Assembly: GCA_030652115.1 (NCBI GenBank)
Contig: JAUSBK010000001.1
Span: 34,254-58,253, forward strand
Direction of reading: 5' to 3'
Length of the DNA: 24,000 nucleotides
Origin: Coriobacteriia bacterium
Lineage (GTDB): Bacteria > Actinomycetota > Coriobacteriia > Anaerosomatales > Anaerosomataceae
The notes under the pieces were generated by a model. That model did no database searches and was not told the origin of the DNA. It saw only the letters and a program-made list of their open reading frames with translations. Made by a program: the position numbers and the translations under genes. Within the stretch, counting starts at the first letter, position 1. Every line of letters starts with the position of its first letter. This document shows, piece after piece, positions 1-8,970 of this stretch.

Positions 1-1262
1 TAGTAATCGTCATCATCCTCGCGGAAGTCCCAGATCTCCGCGGCACCGTCGATGGCAAGCGGCGGGTTCTTGTACTCGGGCTGCGCCTGCCACTCGCCGT
101 AGCTGTTCGGCTCGTAGCCGATGGTGGCGCCGTAGTTGTCGTCCACGCGCATCTGCCCGTCGCGGCTGTAGCCGTGGACGGGGCAGCGGGCCGCATTCAC
201 CGGGATGAGGTAGTGGTTCACGCCGAGTCGGTACCGCTGCGCGTCGCCATAGCTGAACAGGCGGCCCTGGAGCATCTTGTCCGGCGAGAAGCTGATGCCG
301 GGGACTACGTTGCCGGGGTTGAACGCGGCCTGCTCCACGTCAACGAAGTAGTTCTCCGGGTTCCGGTTGAGCTCCATCACGCCCACCTCGATGAGCGGGT
401 AGTCGCCCTTGTACCAGACCTTGGTGAGGTCGAAGGGGTTGTACTGCATCTTCGCGGCGTCGGCCTCCGGCATGACCTGTATCTTGAGCGTCCACTTCGG
501 GTAGTCGCCCCGATCGATCGCCTCGAGCAAGTCGCGCTGGTGGCTCTCGCGGTCCTTGGCCACGATCGCCTCGGCCTCGGCGTCAGTGAGGGTCTCGATG
601 CCCTGCTGGCACACCCAGTGGAACTTCACCCAGAAGCGCTCGTTCGCCGCGTTGATCATCGAGAACGCGTGGCTTCCGAAGCCGTGCATGTGACGGTAGC
701 TCTTCGGGATGCCGCGCTCGCTCATCGTGATCGTGATCTGGTGCAGCGCTTCGGGCAGCGACGTCCAGAAGTCCCAGTTGTTCTTCGCGCTGCGCATGTT
801 CGTGCGTGGGTCGCGCTTCACGGCGCGGTTGAGGTCGGGGAAGTTGTGCGGGTCGCGCAGGAAGAACACCGGCGTGTTGTTGCCCACCAGGTCCCAGTTG
901 CCCTCCTCGGTGTAGAACTTCACCGCGAATCCGCGGATGTCGCGCTCGGCATCGGCGGCGCCCCGCTCGCCAGCAACGGTGGAGAAGCGGACGAACAGAT
1001 CGGTCGTCTTGCCGACCTCGGAGAATACCTTCGCTCGCGTGTACTTCGTGATGTCGTTCGTCACGGTGAACGTACCGAACGCGCCCGAGCCCTTCGCGTG
1101 CATACGCCGCTCCGGGATGACTTCACGATCGAAGTTGGCAAGCTTCTCCAGGTACCAGACGTCCTGCAGCAGCATCGGTCCGCGCGGACCGGCCGTCATC
1201 GCGTTCTGGTTGTCCGGAACCGGTGCTCCGAAGTTGGTGGTGAGCTTCTTCTTGTCACTCAT
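1..1262 (-). CDS. katA: Monofunctional heme catalase, N-terminal ~420 codons only (C-terminus lies beyond the window start)
   Basis: Absent from the ORF track because there is no stop codon in the window. My translation of the minus strand from ATG 1262..1260 stays open to position 1: [65 protein letters not shown]... It carries catalase hallmarks: FDRE-IPER-HAKG (distal His region), [41 protein letters not shown], and [18 protein letters not shown] (proximal Tyr region). GAAAGGGG lies upstream of the ATG. Confidence 0.93.
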   Translation of the reverse strand, partial: MSDKKKLTTNFGAPVPDNQNAMTAGPRGPMLLQDVWYLEKLANFDREVIPERRMHAKGSGAFGTFTVTNDITKYTRAKVFSEVGKTTDLFVRFSTVAGERGAADAERDIRGFAVKFYTEEGNWDLVGNNTPVFFLRDPHNFPDLNRAVKRDPRTNMRSAKNNWDFWTSLPEALHQITITMSERGIPKSYRHMHGFGSHAFSMINAANERFWVKFHWVCQQGIETLTDAEAEAIVAKDRESHQRDLLEAIDRGDYPKWTLKIQVMPEADAAKMQYNPFDLTKVWYKGDYPLIEVGVMELNRNPENYFVDVEQAAFNPGNVVPGISFSPDKMLQGRLFSYGDAQRYRLGVNHYLIPVNAARCPVHGYSRDGQMRVDDNYGATIGYEPNSYGEWQAQPEYKNPPLAIDGAAEIWDFREDDDDY

Positions 1263-1329
1263 CGCGCGCCCCTTTCATAGTGTCGCCCGCACGCCCTCAC
1301 GGGCGCGGAACTCGAACCCTTGCCACGCG

Positions 1330-1785
1330 TCAGGCGCTTGTCTGCGCCTCGCAGCGCCTGCAGATGCCTCTCAGATGGACATCGACCGTCTCGACCGTGC
1401 CGAACGTCGAGGTGGCACCTGCAGCTCGGACCGCGTCGAGCGCGGGATCGACGACGTCGCGGACGAGCCCGCATCGCGTGCATACGAAGTGATGGTGCTC
1501 GGCCAGGTTGGCGTCGTACCGCGCCGGGCCGGCGGTTGCAGTGACGCGTGCAACGACACCGATGTCGACGAGTGTCCCCAGAGTGCGGTAGACCGTGTCG
1601 AGCGAAACGGTCGGCACGCGGCCCCTTACCGCGTTGAAGATGGCCTCGACATCGGGGTGCTCATCGGTCGCCGCCAACTCACGCACGATCTCGAGCCGCT
1701 GGTGGGTGAGCCGAAAGCCCTGACGCCTGAGTGCGCCGGTCAGGAGTTCGACTCTGCGGGAGATCTCGTCAGGTGCAACTGACAT
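1330..1785 (-). CDS. Fur-family metalloregulator, PerR/CatR-like (peroxide role inferred from its position directly upstream of catalase)
   Basis: 151-aa ORF with a winged-helix N-terminus (FRLTHQRLEIVRELA...VSLDTVYRTL). HHHFVCTRCG and GICRRC supply two CxxC pairs, the Fur-family structural Zn site. AGGAG (1794-1798) lies 8 nt before ATG 1785. The gap to catalase on the same strand is 67 nt. Confidence 0.9.
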   Translation of the reverse strand: MSVAPDEISRRVELLTGALRRQGFRLTHQRLEIVRELAATDEHPDVEAIFNAVRGRVPTVSLDTVYRTLGTLVDIGVVARVTATAGPARYDANLAEHHHFVCTRCGLVRDVVDPALDAVRAAGATSTFGTVETVDVHLRGICRRCEAQTSA

Positions 1786-1801
1786 GCGAATGACTCCTAG
1801 T

Positions 1802-1816
1802 TAGGAAGAGTTCCTA
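1802..1816. promoter_or_regulatory. Candidate Fur/PerR-type operator: perfect 6-3-6 inverted repeat TAGGAA-GAG-TTCCTA in an AT-rich island, overlapping a TATATA/TAGTAT -10-like element of the fur-catalase promoter
   Basis: Read directly: TAGGAA 1802-1807 and TTCCTA 1811-1816. It sits 17-31 nt upstream of the Fur start codon, in the divergent intergenic region 1786-1968. This is one of the few AT-rich stretches in the window. Confidence 0.45.
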
Positions 1817-1968
1817 TATACTACAGCGGACCTAGCACCGTGACAACCCAGCCATCGGAGCCGGACGCACACAGACCGCCTGCCGATGCCGGTTTCTGGC
1901 ACACTGGGACAGGAAATCTGGACTGAAGAGCGGCAGCACCGACCTCGTATGCCGCCTGGAGGAGACCG

Positions 1969-3531
1969 ATGCTGCGCTTCATCGTATTCGCGTGCGGAGC
2001 CGCCCTGATGGGGCTCGAGATGGTCGCGGCCCGGGTGCTCGCGCCCTACCTCGGCAACTCCATCTACGTGTGGGGCTCGGTGATCTCCGTCGTGATGATC
2101 GCGCTCTCGATCGGCTACGCGCTCGGGGGGCAGCTGGCCGACCGGTTCGGCGCGGCCCGTTCGTTGCCGCCGGTGATCGCCGGGGCCGGACTCTTCACCG
2201 CGGTGGCACCGCTCGTCGCGATCGCCGTGCTTCCGGGAGCCGCCGAACTTGGCCCGCGGGCGGGCTCGCTCGTGGCTGCGCTCGCCATCTACTTCGTCCC
2301 ATCGCTCCTTCTCGCGATGGTCTCCCCGCTGGGCGTACGCCTCGCCGCCCGTCAGGGCATGGGGCACCTCGGCCGCTCCACCGGCAACCTCTACGCGGTC
2401 TCGACCGCGGGCAGCATCGTCGGCACGATCGTGACGTCCTTCTGGCTCATCCCCGTGCTGTCGCTCGAGCCGCTCGTGGTCTGGACGGGCCTAGCGCTGA
2501 TTGCGGTGGCCCTCCTCGCGCTCGGCCTGAAGCCCGAGGAAGGGCTGGCCGAGGGCGACCCCGGTCCCGGCGGACGCTTCGCACGAGCGGTCCTCCCGAC
2601 CACCCTCGCACTCGCGGTCATGGGCGCGGTCCTCGGCGGCGTCGTGCTCTGGCGCGTCGCGCCGGTGCCGGACACCAACGCCGAGGGCGAGGCCATCCTC
2701 TTCCGCGCCGACACGCAGTACCACCGCGTCACGGTGACCGAGGGCGACGGCGCCCGGCACCTGCGCTTCGACCAGAGCCACCAGAGCGCGATCTCGATCG
2801 CGGACCCGTACGAGAGCCGCATCCGGTATCCCGACTACATGCACCTCGCCATGGCGATCAAGCCGGACGCCAAGCGGGTGCTGGTCCTCGGCCTCGGCGG
2901 CGGCGCCATCACCAAGCGCTTCTGGCGCGACTATCCCGGCGTGACGGTCGACTCGGTGGAGATCGACCCGGTCGTGGTGGACGTCGCCCGCAAGTACTTC
3001 TGGCTCCCTGAAGACGAGCGCAGCCAAGTCTACGTCGAGGACGCCCGCCGCTACGTGCAGTCCACCGGCGAGACCTACGACATCGTCATCGTGGACGCGT
3101 ACTATTCCCACGCGCTGCCCGTACACCTCACCACCGAGGAGTTCCTCACCGAGGTGAAGGGCGTGATGGCGCCCGACGGCGTGCTCGCCTACAACGTCAT
3201 CTCCCCCACCGAGGGCGACAACAGCGACCTGTTCCGCAGCATGTACCGAACCGCCGAGAGCGTCTGGGGCCGCATCTGGGTCTTCCCGATCGGCATCGGC
3301 AGCGACGGCACCCCGGAGACGCGGCGGAACATCATCGTGCTCGCCACGGACACGCCCATGAGCGAGGACGAGCTGCGCGACGCGATAGCCTCACGCGTGG
3401 ATGGCACGGTCACGATCGACGGGTTTGCCGAGATGGCCGACGACCTCTACACCGAACCGGTGCCGGTCGCCGACGTCCCGCTCCTGACCGATTCGCACGC
3501 GCCGACAGACTCGCTCATCCAGGTGCAGTAG
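1969..3531 (+). CDS. Fused polytopic membrane domain / spermidine-synthase-like class I methyltransferase-fold protein (non-canonical, function unknown)
   Basis: 520 aa. The N-terminal ~200 aa are hydrophobic multi-TM (MLRFIVFACGAALMGLEMVAARVL...). The C-terminal half is a Rossmann fold: VLVLGLGGGAITKRF...VDSVEIDPVVVDVARKYF...YDIVIVDAY...APDGVLAYNV. GGAGGAG lies 7 nt upstream of the ATG. Confidence 0.8.
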   Translation: MLRFIVFACGAALMGLEMVAARVLAPYLGNSIYVWGSVISVVMIALSIGYALGGQLADRFGAARSLPPVIAGAGLFTAVAPLVAIAVLPGAAELGPRAGSLVAALAIYFVPSLLLAMVSPLGVRLAARQGMGHLGRSTGNLYAVSTAGSIVGTIVTSFWLIPVLSLEPLVVWTGLALIAVALLALGLKPEEGLAEGDPGPGGRFARAVLPTTLALAVMGAVLGGVVLWRVAPVPDTNAEGEAILFRADTQYHRVTVTEGDGARHLRFDQSHQSAISIADPYESRIRYPDYMHLAMAIKPDAKRVLVLGLGGGAITKRFWRDYPGVTVDSVEIDPVVVDVARKYFWLPEDERSQVYVEDARRYVQSTGETYDIVIVDAYYSHALPVHLTTEEFLTEVKGVMAPDGVLAYNVISPTEGDNSDLFRSMYRTAESVWGRIWVFPIGIGSDGTPETRRNIIVLATDTPMSEDELRDAIASRVDGTVTIDGFAEMADDLYTEPVPVADVPLLTDSHAPTDSLIQVQ

Positions 3532-3557
3532 GCGACCGAGGCGGCGATGCGATTTCG

Positions 3558-4472
3558 CTACTCCGCGGCGGTGACCCCGATCTGCACGAAGTAGCTGTAG
3601 ACGATGTACGGCGCGTCCGCGCCGCGCGACGGACCGACCGGGTCGACCTCGAGGATGCCCGGCATCCCGAGATCGGCCAGCAGCAGGGCCGTGACCTCCT
3701 GCGGTTCGACGGTCTCCGAGAGCTCGATCCGCACGTTGGCCGCGCGCCCGCCCGGCACGAACACCGAGCCGATCACCTCACCCGGCTCATCCGGCGTAGC
3801 GCCCCGGATCGCCACGACCCAGGAGTCCGCTGGTGCAAGCACGCGCTGAACGTCGATCGCGGTGCCGGAGTCGACGAGGAAGGCCGCACCAAGATCGGCC
3901 TCGGTGAGCCTGTAGACGAGGTCGACCATCGTGATATTCACGTGCTCGGTCACGACCACGCCGTCCGCCACGAGCGGCTTGTCGACAGGACCCGTCATCG
4001 CGGGACCACCGCCAGAGCCGCCCATGCCGCCCGAACCCATCGCCCCCCCGCCGAGCGACACCGTGTCGTCGGGATCGCCGGTGGTGTACTCGAAGGTACC
4101 GATCACGCCCTTGTCGGCAACGAGCGACACGAAGGCGCCCGCAGAGTAGTCGCGCGTGCGATCCACTGCTACAGAGACGCTGCGGTTCTCTCCTGCCTTC
4201 ACCGGTGCGGCGCCGATGAGCGCGCCAGGCGTCCCGTCGCCACGATCGGCCCGCAGGATGACCCACCCGTCCACCGGGGTCAGCACCCGATCGATCGCAA
4301 CGGCACCGTAGATCTGCTGGTCCTCCACCCGGATGACCACGTCCTCGGCCCCGACCATCACCCCGTCGGCGGGGAGTTCCCCCGATCCGTATGCGATGGC
4401 CGCCATCACGGCCACCTCCGCGATGAAGATCGCGGCCACGCCGATTCGTTTGACCGTACTCGAGACTTGCAT
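3558..4472 (-). CDS. Membrane-anchored extracytoplasmic protein with two tandem homologous domains joined by a Gly/Met-rich linker (uncharacterised; possibly DUF7282-like)
   Basis: 304 aa. N-terminal signal-anchor IGVAAIFIAEVAVMAAIAYG. Repeat 1 (about aa 37-133) and repeat 2 (about aa 167-300) share I-D--RVL-P-D-WV---R----PG--IG...L-AD-G--G--E. The linker is LGGGAMGSGGMGGSGGGPAM (nt 3990-4055). It is the last gene of the copA cluster, 27 nt after the preceding gene. Confidence 0.75.
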   Translation of the reverse strand: MQVSSTVKRIGVAAIFIAEVAVMAAIAYGSGELPADGVMVGAEDVVIRVEDQQIYGAVAIDRVLTPVDGWVILRADRGDGTPGALIGAAPVKAGENRSVSVAVDRTRDYSAGAFVSLVADKGVIGTFEYTTGDPDDTVSLGGGAMGSGGMGGSGGGPAMTGPVDKPLVADGVVVTEHVNITMVDLVYRLTEADLGAAFLVDSGTAIDVQRVLAPADSWVVAIRGATPDEPGEVIGSVFVPGGRAANVRIELSETVEPQEVTALLLADLGMPGILEVDPVGPSRGADAPYIVYSYFVQIGVTAAE

Positions 4473-4499
4473 GTGTTTGCTCTCTTCGTAGGGGTGGAC

Positions 4500-5537
4500 C
4501 TAAGGAGCCCTCACGACGATCTCACCGGACATCATGCCCATGCCGCACGTCATCGGGTATGTGCCCGGCTCGCTTGCAGGCAGAACCACCTCGGTGGTGG
4601 CGTTGGGGGCAAGCGCCACGTCAACGTCCATGCCCGGGATCACCAGGCGATCGGAGCACCCCACCGCCTCACGGCGGTCCACGATGAGCCGGACCTGTCG
4701 GTCCGCAGGCACCACCACGGTGGACGGAAAGTACTGCACGCTCTGGATCACGAGCGGCACCTCGGCAACGCCGTCGGAGGCGGTCGTGAACTCGAGCGCG
4801 GGCTCATCCGAGGTGCCGTTGAAGATGCCGAGCACCGCCCGGGAGTTGACCGGGAAGCCGGTGAGCAGCGCAGCCCGGTTCAGGAACACAAGCCCCGAGA
4901 TGATCACCACGACCGCGAGCACGATGTGGAGCCGCTGCTTCCACGTCTTGGGGATCATGCTCGACGCGGTCCCAAAGGCGAGCATGAGCGGCGCGGTCCC
5001 GAGGCCGAAGGCGAGCATCGTCAGACCGCCCGTGAGCGCACTCCCACTCGAGGCGGCCACAAGCTGAGCCGCCTGCAGCGGGGCGCAGGGCATGAGGCCC
5101 GTGAGAAGACCGAACGCAGCGGGCACGGCGAGCGTGCTCTCTCCCTGCTCGGCATCGGCTGTTGCCTTGCGCCGCAGGCGGAGAAGCGCGTTCACGAGCG
5201 CCTTTGGCGGGCGTGGCGTGAGACGCAGCGCCCAGGGGAACCGGCCGGTCATGCCGAGTCCGAGAATGATCATGAACACACCGGCGAGCGCCATCACCCA
5301 GGGCCGGATCGCGTCCACGTCAAACGCCGAACCGATGGCGCCGAGCAGGGTACCGACCGCGGCGTAGCTGAAGATCTTCGCGCCCTGGTAGACGAGGTTG
5401 GGGGCAAGTTTGCCTCGCCAGCCTGTGTCGTCGCTGCACTGCACCACGTAGGTGACCACCATCGGACCACACATGGAGAGACAGTGCACACTCGTAGCCA
5501 GCCCGAGCGCAAACGATGACACGAAGAGCGTGATCAT
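4500..5537 (-). CDS. DsbD_2 / TauE-SafE-like (HCxxMCGP) polytopic membrane protein fused to a C-terminal cupredoxin-like domain
   Basis: 345 aa. TM1 motif [12 protein letters not shown] and a second motif GLMPCAPLQ. The C-terminal 89 aa form a beta-rich domain ending [17 protein letters not shown] (a cupredoxin_1-type C-terminal loop). Its start ATG overlaps the copA stop (ATGA, 5534-5537). Confidence 0.8.
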   Translation of the reverse strand: MITLFVSSFALGLATSVHCLSMCGPMVVTYVVQCSDDTGWRGKLAPNLVYQGAKIFSYAAVGTLLGAIGSAFDVDAIRPWVMALAGVFMIILGLGMTGRFPWALRLTPRPPKALVNALLRLRRKATADAEQGESTLAVPAAFGLLTGLMPCAPLQAAQLVAASSGSALTGGLTMLAFGLGTAPLMLAFGTASSMIPKTWKQRLHIVLAVVVIISGLVFLNRAALLTGFPVNSRAVLGIFNGTSDEPALEFTTASDGVAEVPLVIQSVQYFPSTVVVPADRQVRLIVDRREAVGCSDRLVIPGMDVDVALAPNATTEVVLPASEPGTYPMTCGMGMMSGEIVVRAP

Positions 5538-8248
5538 GACTCGGTCCGCACGAGCGAGGGCTTGAACCGCCGGAGCAGAAGCGAGCTCGTCACCACGCTC
5601 ACGCTCGAGAGCGCCATCGCACCGCCGGCGATCTCGGGCCGCAGCAAGCCGAGCGCCGCCACCGGGATGCCGAGCGCGTTGTAGCCGAGCGCCCAGAAGA
5701 AGTTCTGGCGGATCTTGCGCATAGTCGCGCGGGAGAGCTCGATGGCCGTGACCACGTCGCGCAGGTCGTTGCGAATCAGCACGATGCCGCCGGTCTCCAT
5801 CGCAACGTCCGTGCCCGCACCCATGGCGATGCCCACGTCGGCCTGCGCGAGCGCCGGCGTGTCGTTGATGCCATCGCCCACCATGGCGACCGTGAGTCCG
5901 CGCTCCTGAAGCTTCGCGACCTCCTCGGCCTTGTGCTCGGGAAGCACCTCGGCGAGCACGTGGTCGGCGGGAATGCCGACCTGGGCGGCGATGGCCTCGG
6001 CGGTGCGACGGTTGTCGCCCGTGATCATGAAGACTTCCACGCCCATCTTCGCGAGCTGTTCGACCGCTCTGGCCGAGTTGTCCTTGAGCGTGTCGGCGAC
6101 CGCGATCATCCCCGCGAGCTTGGCGCCGCTCACGCCCACGAGCATCACGGTCTTGCCCTCACTCTCGAGCTCGCTGATGCGCTCCTCGAAGGCCGCGATG
6201 CCGATGCCTTCACGTGCCATGAGCTTGCGGTTGCCAAAGGCCACGCGGGTTCCCTCAACGCTGCCTTCAACGCCGTGGCCGGGCACCGCAGCGAAGTCCT
6301 CCACGGCCGGCAGATGCATGCTCTTCTCCTTGGCGTGCGCCACGATCGCCTCCGCCAGGGGGTGCTCGCTCTTGCGCTCGAGCGCCGCGGCGAGCATGAA
6401 GACGCGCTCGGTGTCGTGCCCCTCGGCCAGCTCGATGTCGGTCACCACGGGCTTGCCGTGAGTAAGCGTGCCGGTCTTGTCGAAGACGATAGCCTTGATC
6501 TTGTAGGCGGTCTCGAGGGCCTCGCCGCTCTTGATGAGGATGCCGTTCTCGGCACCCTTGCCCGTGCCCACCATGATGGCGGTCGGGGTTGCGAGCCCGA
6601 GCGCGCAGGGACACGCGATGACCACCACGGAGGTACCCGCGAGCAGCGCCTTGATGAACGGCGTGAGCTCGGCGTAGAAGGCGGGATCCACGAAGCGCGG
6701 CACCACGAGCAGCCACACCAGGAACGTGAGCACCGCGGCGCCGATCACCGCGGGCACGAACACCGCGCTGATGCGATCGGCGAACCGCTGCACCGGGGCC
6801 TTGGAGCCCTGCGCGTCCTCCACGAGCTTCACTATCTGTGCGAGTGCCGTGTCTGAGCCCACCTTGGTGGCGCGGAAGTGGAAGCTCCCGAGCTTGTTCA
6901 GGGTGGCGCCGATCACCGCATCGCCCACCTGCTTCTCCACGGGGATCGACTCGCCGGTGAGCATAGATTCGTCCACCGCCGAGGCGCCCTCGAGCACCAC
7001 GCCGTCCACCGGCACCTTGTCGCCAGGGCGGACAACCACGACATCGCCCACCAGGACGTCCTCAACGGGCACGTCGATCTCGGCGCCGTCTCGCACCACG
7101 CGCGCGGTCTTGGCCGCAAGGCCCATCAGCGTCTTTATGGCGTCGCTCGTGCGACCCTTCGCCCTCGCCTCGAGAAGCTTGCCGAGGATCACGAACGTGA
7201 TGAGGAGCGCGCTGGTCTCGTAGAACACCGGCTCCTCGGCAAATGCCGGAATGAACGTGGCCGCGACGCTGTACAGGTACGCTGCGCCCGTGCCGATGGC
7301 GATGAGCGTGTCCATGTTGCCGGTGCGCCGCTTGAGCGCATGCCAGAAGCCTCTGTAGAACTGCCACCCCGCGATGAACTGCACGGGAGTGGCGAGAACA
7401 AAGCCGAGGTACTTGCCGGTCGCCATGGGATCCCAGGCGCCCCCCACATTGTTGGCGAGCCACATGGCGAGCCTCGTGGGGATGCCGTCCATGAACGGCT
7501 GGAACATCATCACGAGCAGCGGGATGGAGAGTGCCACCGAGAGCACGAGCAGACGCACCTCGTGGTCGATATGGGTCTGCTGCGCCTCGCGCTGGGCGTC
7601 GCGCGCGCTCTCGCCGCCGCGCTCCTCCTCAACCCGAACGATCGCGTCGTAGCCGGCGTTGCGCACCGCCGCAACAAGATCGTCCACGCTCACCCGCGCA
7701 GGGTCGTACTCGATCGCGGCCGTCTCGGCGGCGAGATTCACGGTTGCGGAGACCACGCCGCCCACCCGGATGAGCGTCTTCTCGATCACGGCCTGGCACG
7801 ACGCACACGTCATGCCGATGATGCCGAGCGTGGCTCTGACCGCCGGACCCGTGAGCACGGGCGCAGCAAGGTCTTCGTCCACGTCGTCGGGCATCACAGG
7901 ACAGACGCCGGTCGGGCAGGCATCGGCGGTGCCGGTCTCCTGCTCGCCAGTATCCTCGGAGGTTGCCGCGCCGGGCGCCGGCTCCGCGAATTCGGCCGGC
8001 ATCTCCACCGGCTCGAGCGTCACGGCCCCGCCGCGGGGCGTGAAGCCCGCGGCCACGATCCCCGCCTCGAGCGCGGCGAGGTCCACTGCCGGATCCGCCG
8101 CAATCACTATCACGCCGGTGGCCGCGTCTGCCTTCACGTGCTCCACGCCGTCGACACGGGAGAGCTGCATGCCCACGAGCTTCTCGCACGCGCCGCAGTG
8201 CATGCCGTCGACCTCGATGCGAAACGCCTGTGATTCGGCGTGTTCCAC
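5534..8248 (-). CDS. copA: Copper-translocating P1B-1 P-type ATPase with two N-terminal HMA domains
   Basis: HMA motifs GMHCGACE and GMTCASCQ; TGES ([11 protein letters not shown]); CPC ([11 protein letters not shown]); FDKTGTLT; [10 protein letters not shown]. The track ORF runs to 8362, but that extension overlaps the ABC ATPase gene. I place the start at GTG 8248 ([13 protein letters not shown]...), 10 nt after the ABC stop and preceded by AGGGA. Confidence 0.92.
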   Translation of the reverse strand: MEHAESQAFRIEVDGMHCGACEKLVGMQLSRVDGVEHVKADAATGVIVIAADPAVDLAALEAGIVAAGFTPRGGAVTLEPVEMPAEFAEPAPGAATSEDTGEQETGTADACPTGVCPVMPDDVDEDLAAPVLTGPAVRATLGIIGMTCASCQAVIEKTLIRVGGVVSATVNLAAETAAIEYDPARVSVDDLVAAVRNAGYDAIVRVEEERGGESARDAQREAQQTHIDHEVRLLVLSVALSIPLLVMMFQPFMDGIPTRLAMWLANNVGGAWDPMATGKYLGFVLATPVQFIAGWQFYRGFWHALKRRTGNMDTLIAIGTGAAYLYSVAATFIPAFAEEPVFYETSALLITFVILGKLLEARAKGRTSDAIKTLMGLAAKTARVVRDGAEIDVPVEDVLVGDVVVVRPGDKVPVDGVVLEGASAVDESMLTGESIPVEKQVGDAVIGATLNKLGSFHFRATKVGSDTALAQIVKLVEDAQGSKAPVQRFADRISAVFVPAVIGAAVLTFLVWLLVVPRFVDPAFYAELTPFIKALLAGTSVVVIACPCALGLATPTAIMVGTGKGAENGILIKSGEALETAYKIKAIVFDKTGTLTHGKPVVTDIELAEGHDTERVFMLAAALERKSEHPLAEAIVAHAKEKSMHLPAVEDFAAVPGHGVEGSVEGTRVAFGNRKLMAREGIGIAAFEERISELESEGKTVMLVGVSGAKLAGMIAVADTLKDNSARAVEQLAKMGVEVFMITGDNRRTAEAIAAQVGIPADHVLAEVLPEHKAEEVAKLQERGLTVAMVGDGINDTPALAQADVGIAMGAGTDVAMETGGIVLIRNDLRDVVTAIELSRATMRKIRQNFFWALGYNALGIPVAALGLLRPEIAGGAMALSSVSVVTSSLLLRRFKPSLVRTES

Positions 8249-8258
8249 GGGTACGTCC

Positions 8259-8966
8259 CTACTCGCTCGCTCGGACAGGACTCGCTGCGTGCTCCTCGGC
8301 GACGAGATGTCCCGAGGCCATCTCGATCGCACGAGTTCCGTGCGACAACAGCGCAAGCGCATGCGTGACCATCACGATCGTCACATCCGTGGAGCCGTGA
8401 ACGCTACTGAACAGCGCCATCATCTCGGCCTCGGTACGCTCGTCCAGGTTGCTCGTGGGCTCATCGGCCATGATGATACGCGGACGGTTGATGAGCGCGC
8501 GCGCAAGCACCACGCGCTGCTGCTGTCCGGCGGAGAGCTGTCGCGGAAACGCCGCAGCCTTCTCGGCGATTCCAACGAGGCGAAGCAGCTCGAGTGCCCG
8601 CTCGTCGAGGTCGAGCGCGCGCCGCTCGGCGCCGAACACGCTTGGCAGCACCACGTTCTCGAGTGCCGTGAGCGTGGGCATCAGACTCGGGAACTGGAAG
8701 ACGAAGCCGATCGCGCCGTGCCGAAGCCGGCAGCGCTCCTTGTCCGGGATGCCCCACAGGTCGGTGCCGTCGAGCCGCACCGCCCCGGCCGACGGCCTGG
8801 CGAGACCGGCCATGAGGTTCAGCAGTGTCGTCTTGCCTGAGCCCGAGCGGCCGCTGATGACCACGAACTCGCCGTCGGCGATGGCGAGACTCACGTTGTC
8901 GACCGCGGTCACGGGCGCTAGAACCTTGTCGTCGTACGTCTTCGTGACGCCCTCAAGGGTGATCAT
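8259..8966 (-). CDS. ABC transporter ATP-binding protein, MacB/LolD/FtsE-like
   Basis: 235 aa. Walker [12 protein letters not shown]-loop FVFQ, signature LSAGQQQRV, Walker [14 protein letters not shown]-loop VMVTHA. GAGGGAG lies upstream of the ATG, which is 4 nt after the permease stop. Confidence 0.92.
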   Translation of the reverse strand: MITLEGVTKTYDDKVLAPVTAVDNVSLAIADGEFVVISGRSGSGKTTLLNLMAGLARPSAGAVRLDGTDLWGIPDKERCRLRHGAIGFVFQFPSLMPTLTALENVVLPSVFGAERRALDLDERALELLRLVGIAEKAAAFPRQLSAGQQQRVVLARALINRPRIIMADEPTSNLDERTEAEMMALFSSVHGSTDVTIVMVTHALALLSHGTRAIEMASGHLVAEEHAASPVRASE

Positions 8967-8970
8967 GCGC

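Noticed and set aside
174-1280. 368-aa plus-strand ORF, the largest ORF listed for this region
   Set aside because: It is antisense to an unmistakable catalase reading frame (open from 1262 to the window edge). Its product is Arg/Val/His/Leu-rich with no motif, which is the typical shadow ORF of a high-GC gene.
3532-3557. Possible bidirectional terminator in the 26-nt convergent gap
   Set aside because: Only a 3-4 bp stem (GCGA/TCGC) can be drawn, which is not convincing.
3942-5519. 525-aa plus-strand ORF
   Set aside because: It is antisense to the cupredoxin-fusion and tandem-domain genes. The sequence is low-complexity and rich in His/Arg/Asp with no recognisable domain. The minus-strand genes have SDs, coupling and motifs.
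8249-8362. 38-codon N-terminal extension of CopA ([13 protein letters not shown]...)
   Set aside because: It overlaps the 3' end of the ABC ATPase gene by about 100 nt and is Arg/Ser-rich. A GTG at 8248 with an upstream AGGGA starts just before HMA1.
5933-8840. Plus-strand ORFs 5933-6856, 6878-8233 and 7659-8840
   Set aside because: All are antisense to copA and the ABC ATPase, whose P-type and Walker motifs are unambiguous. These are shadow ORFs.
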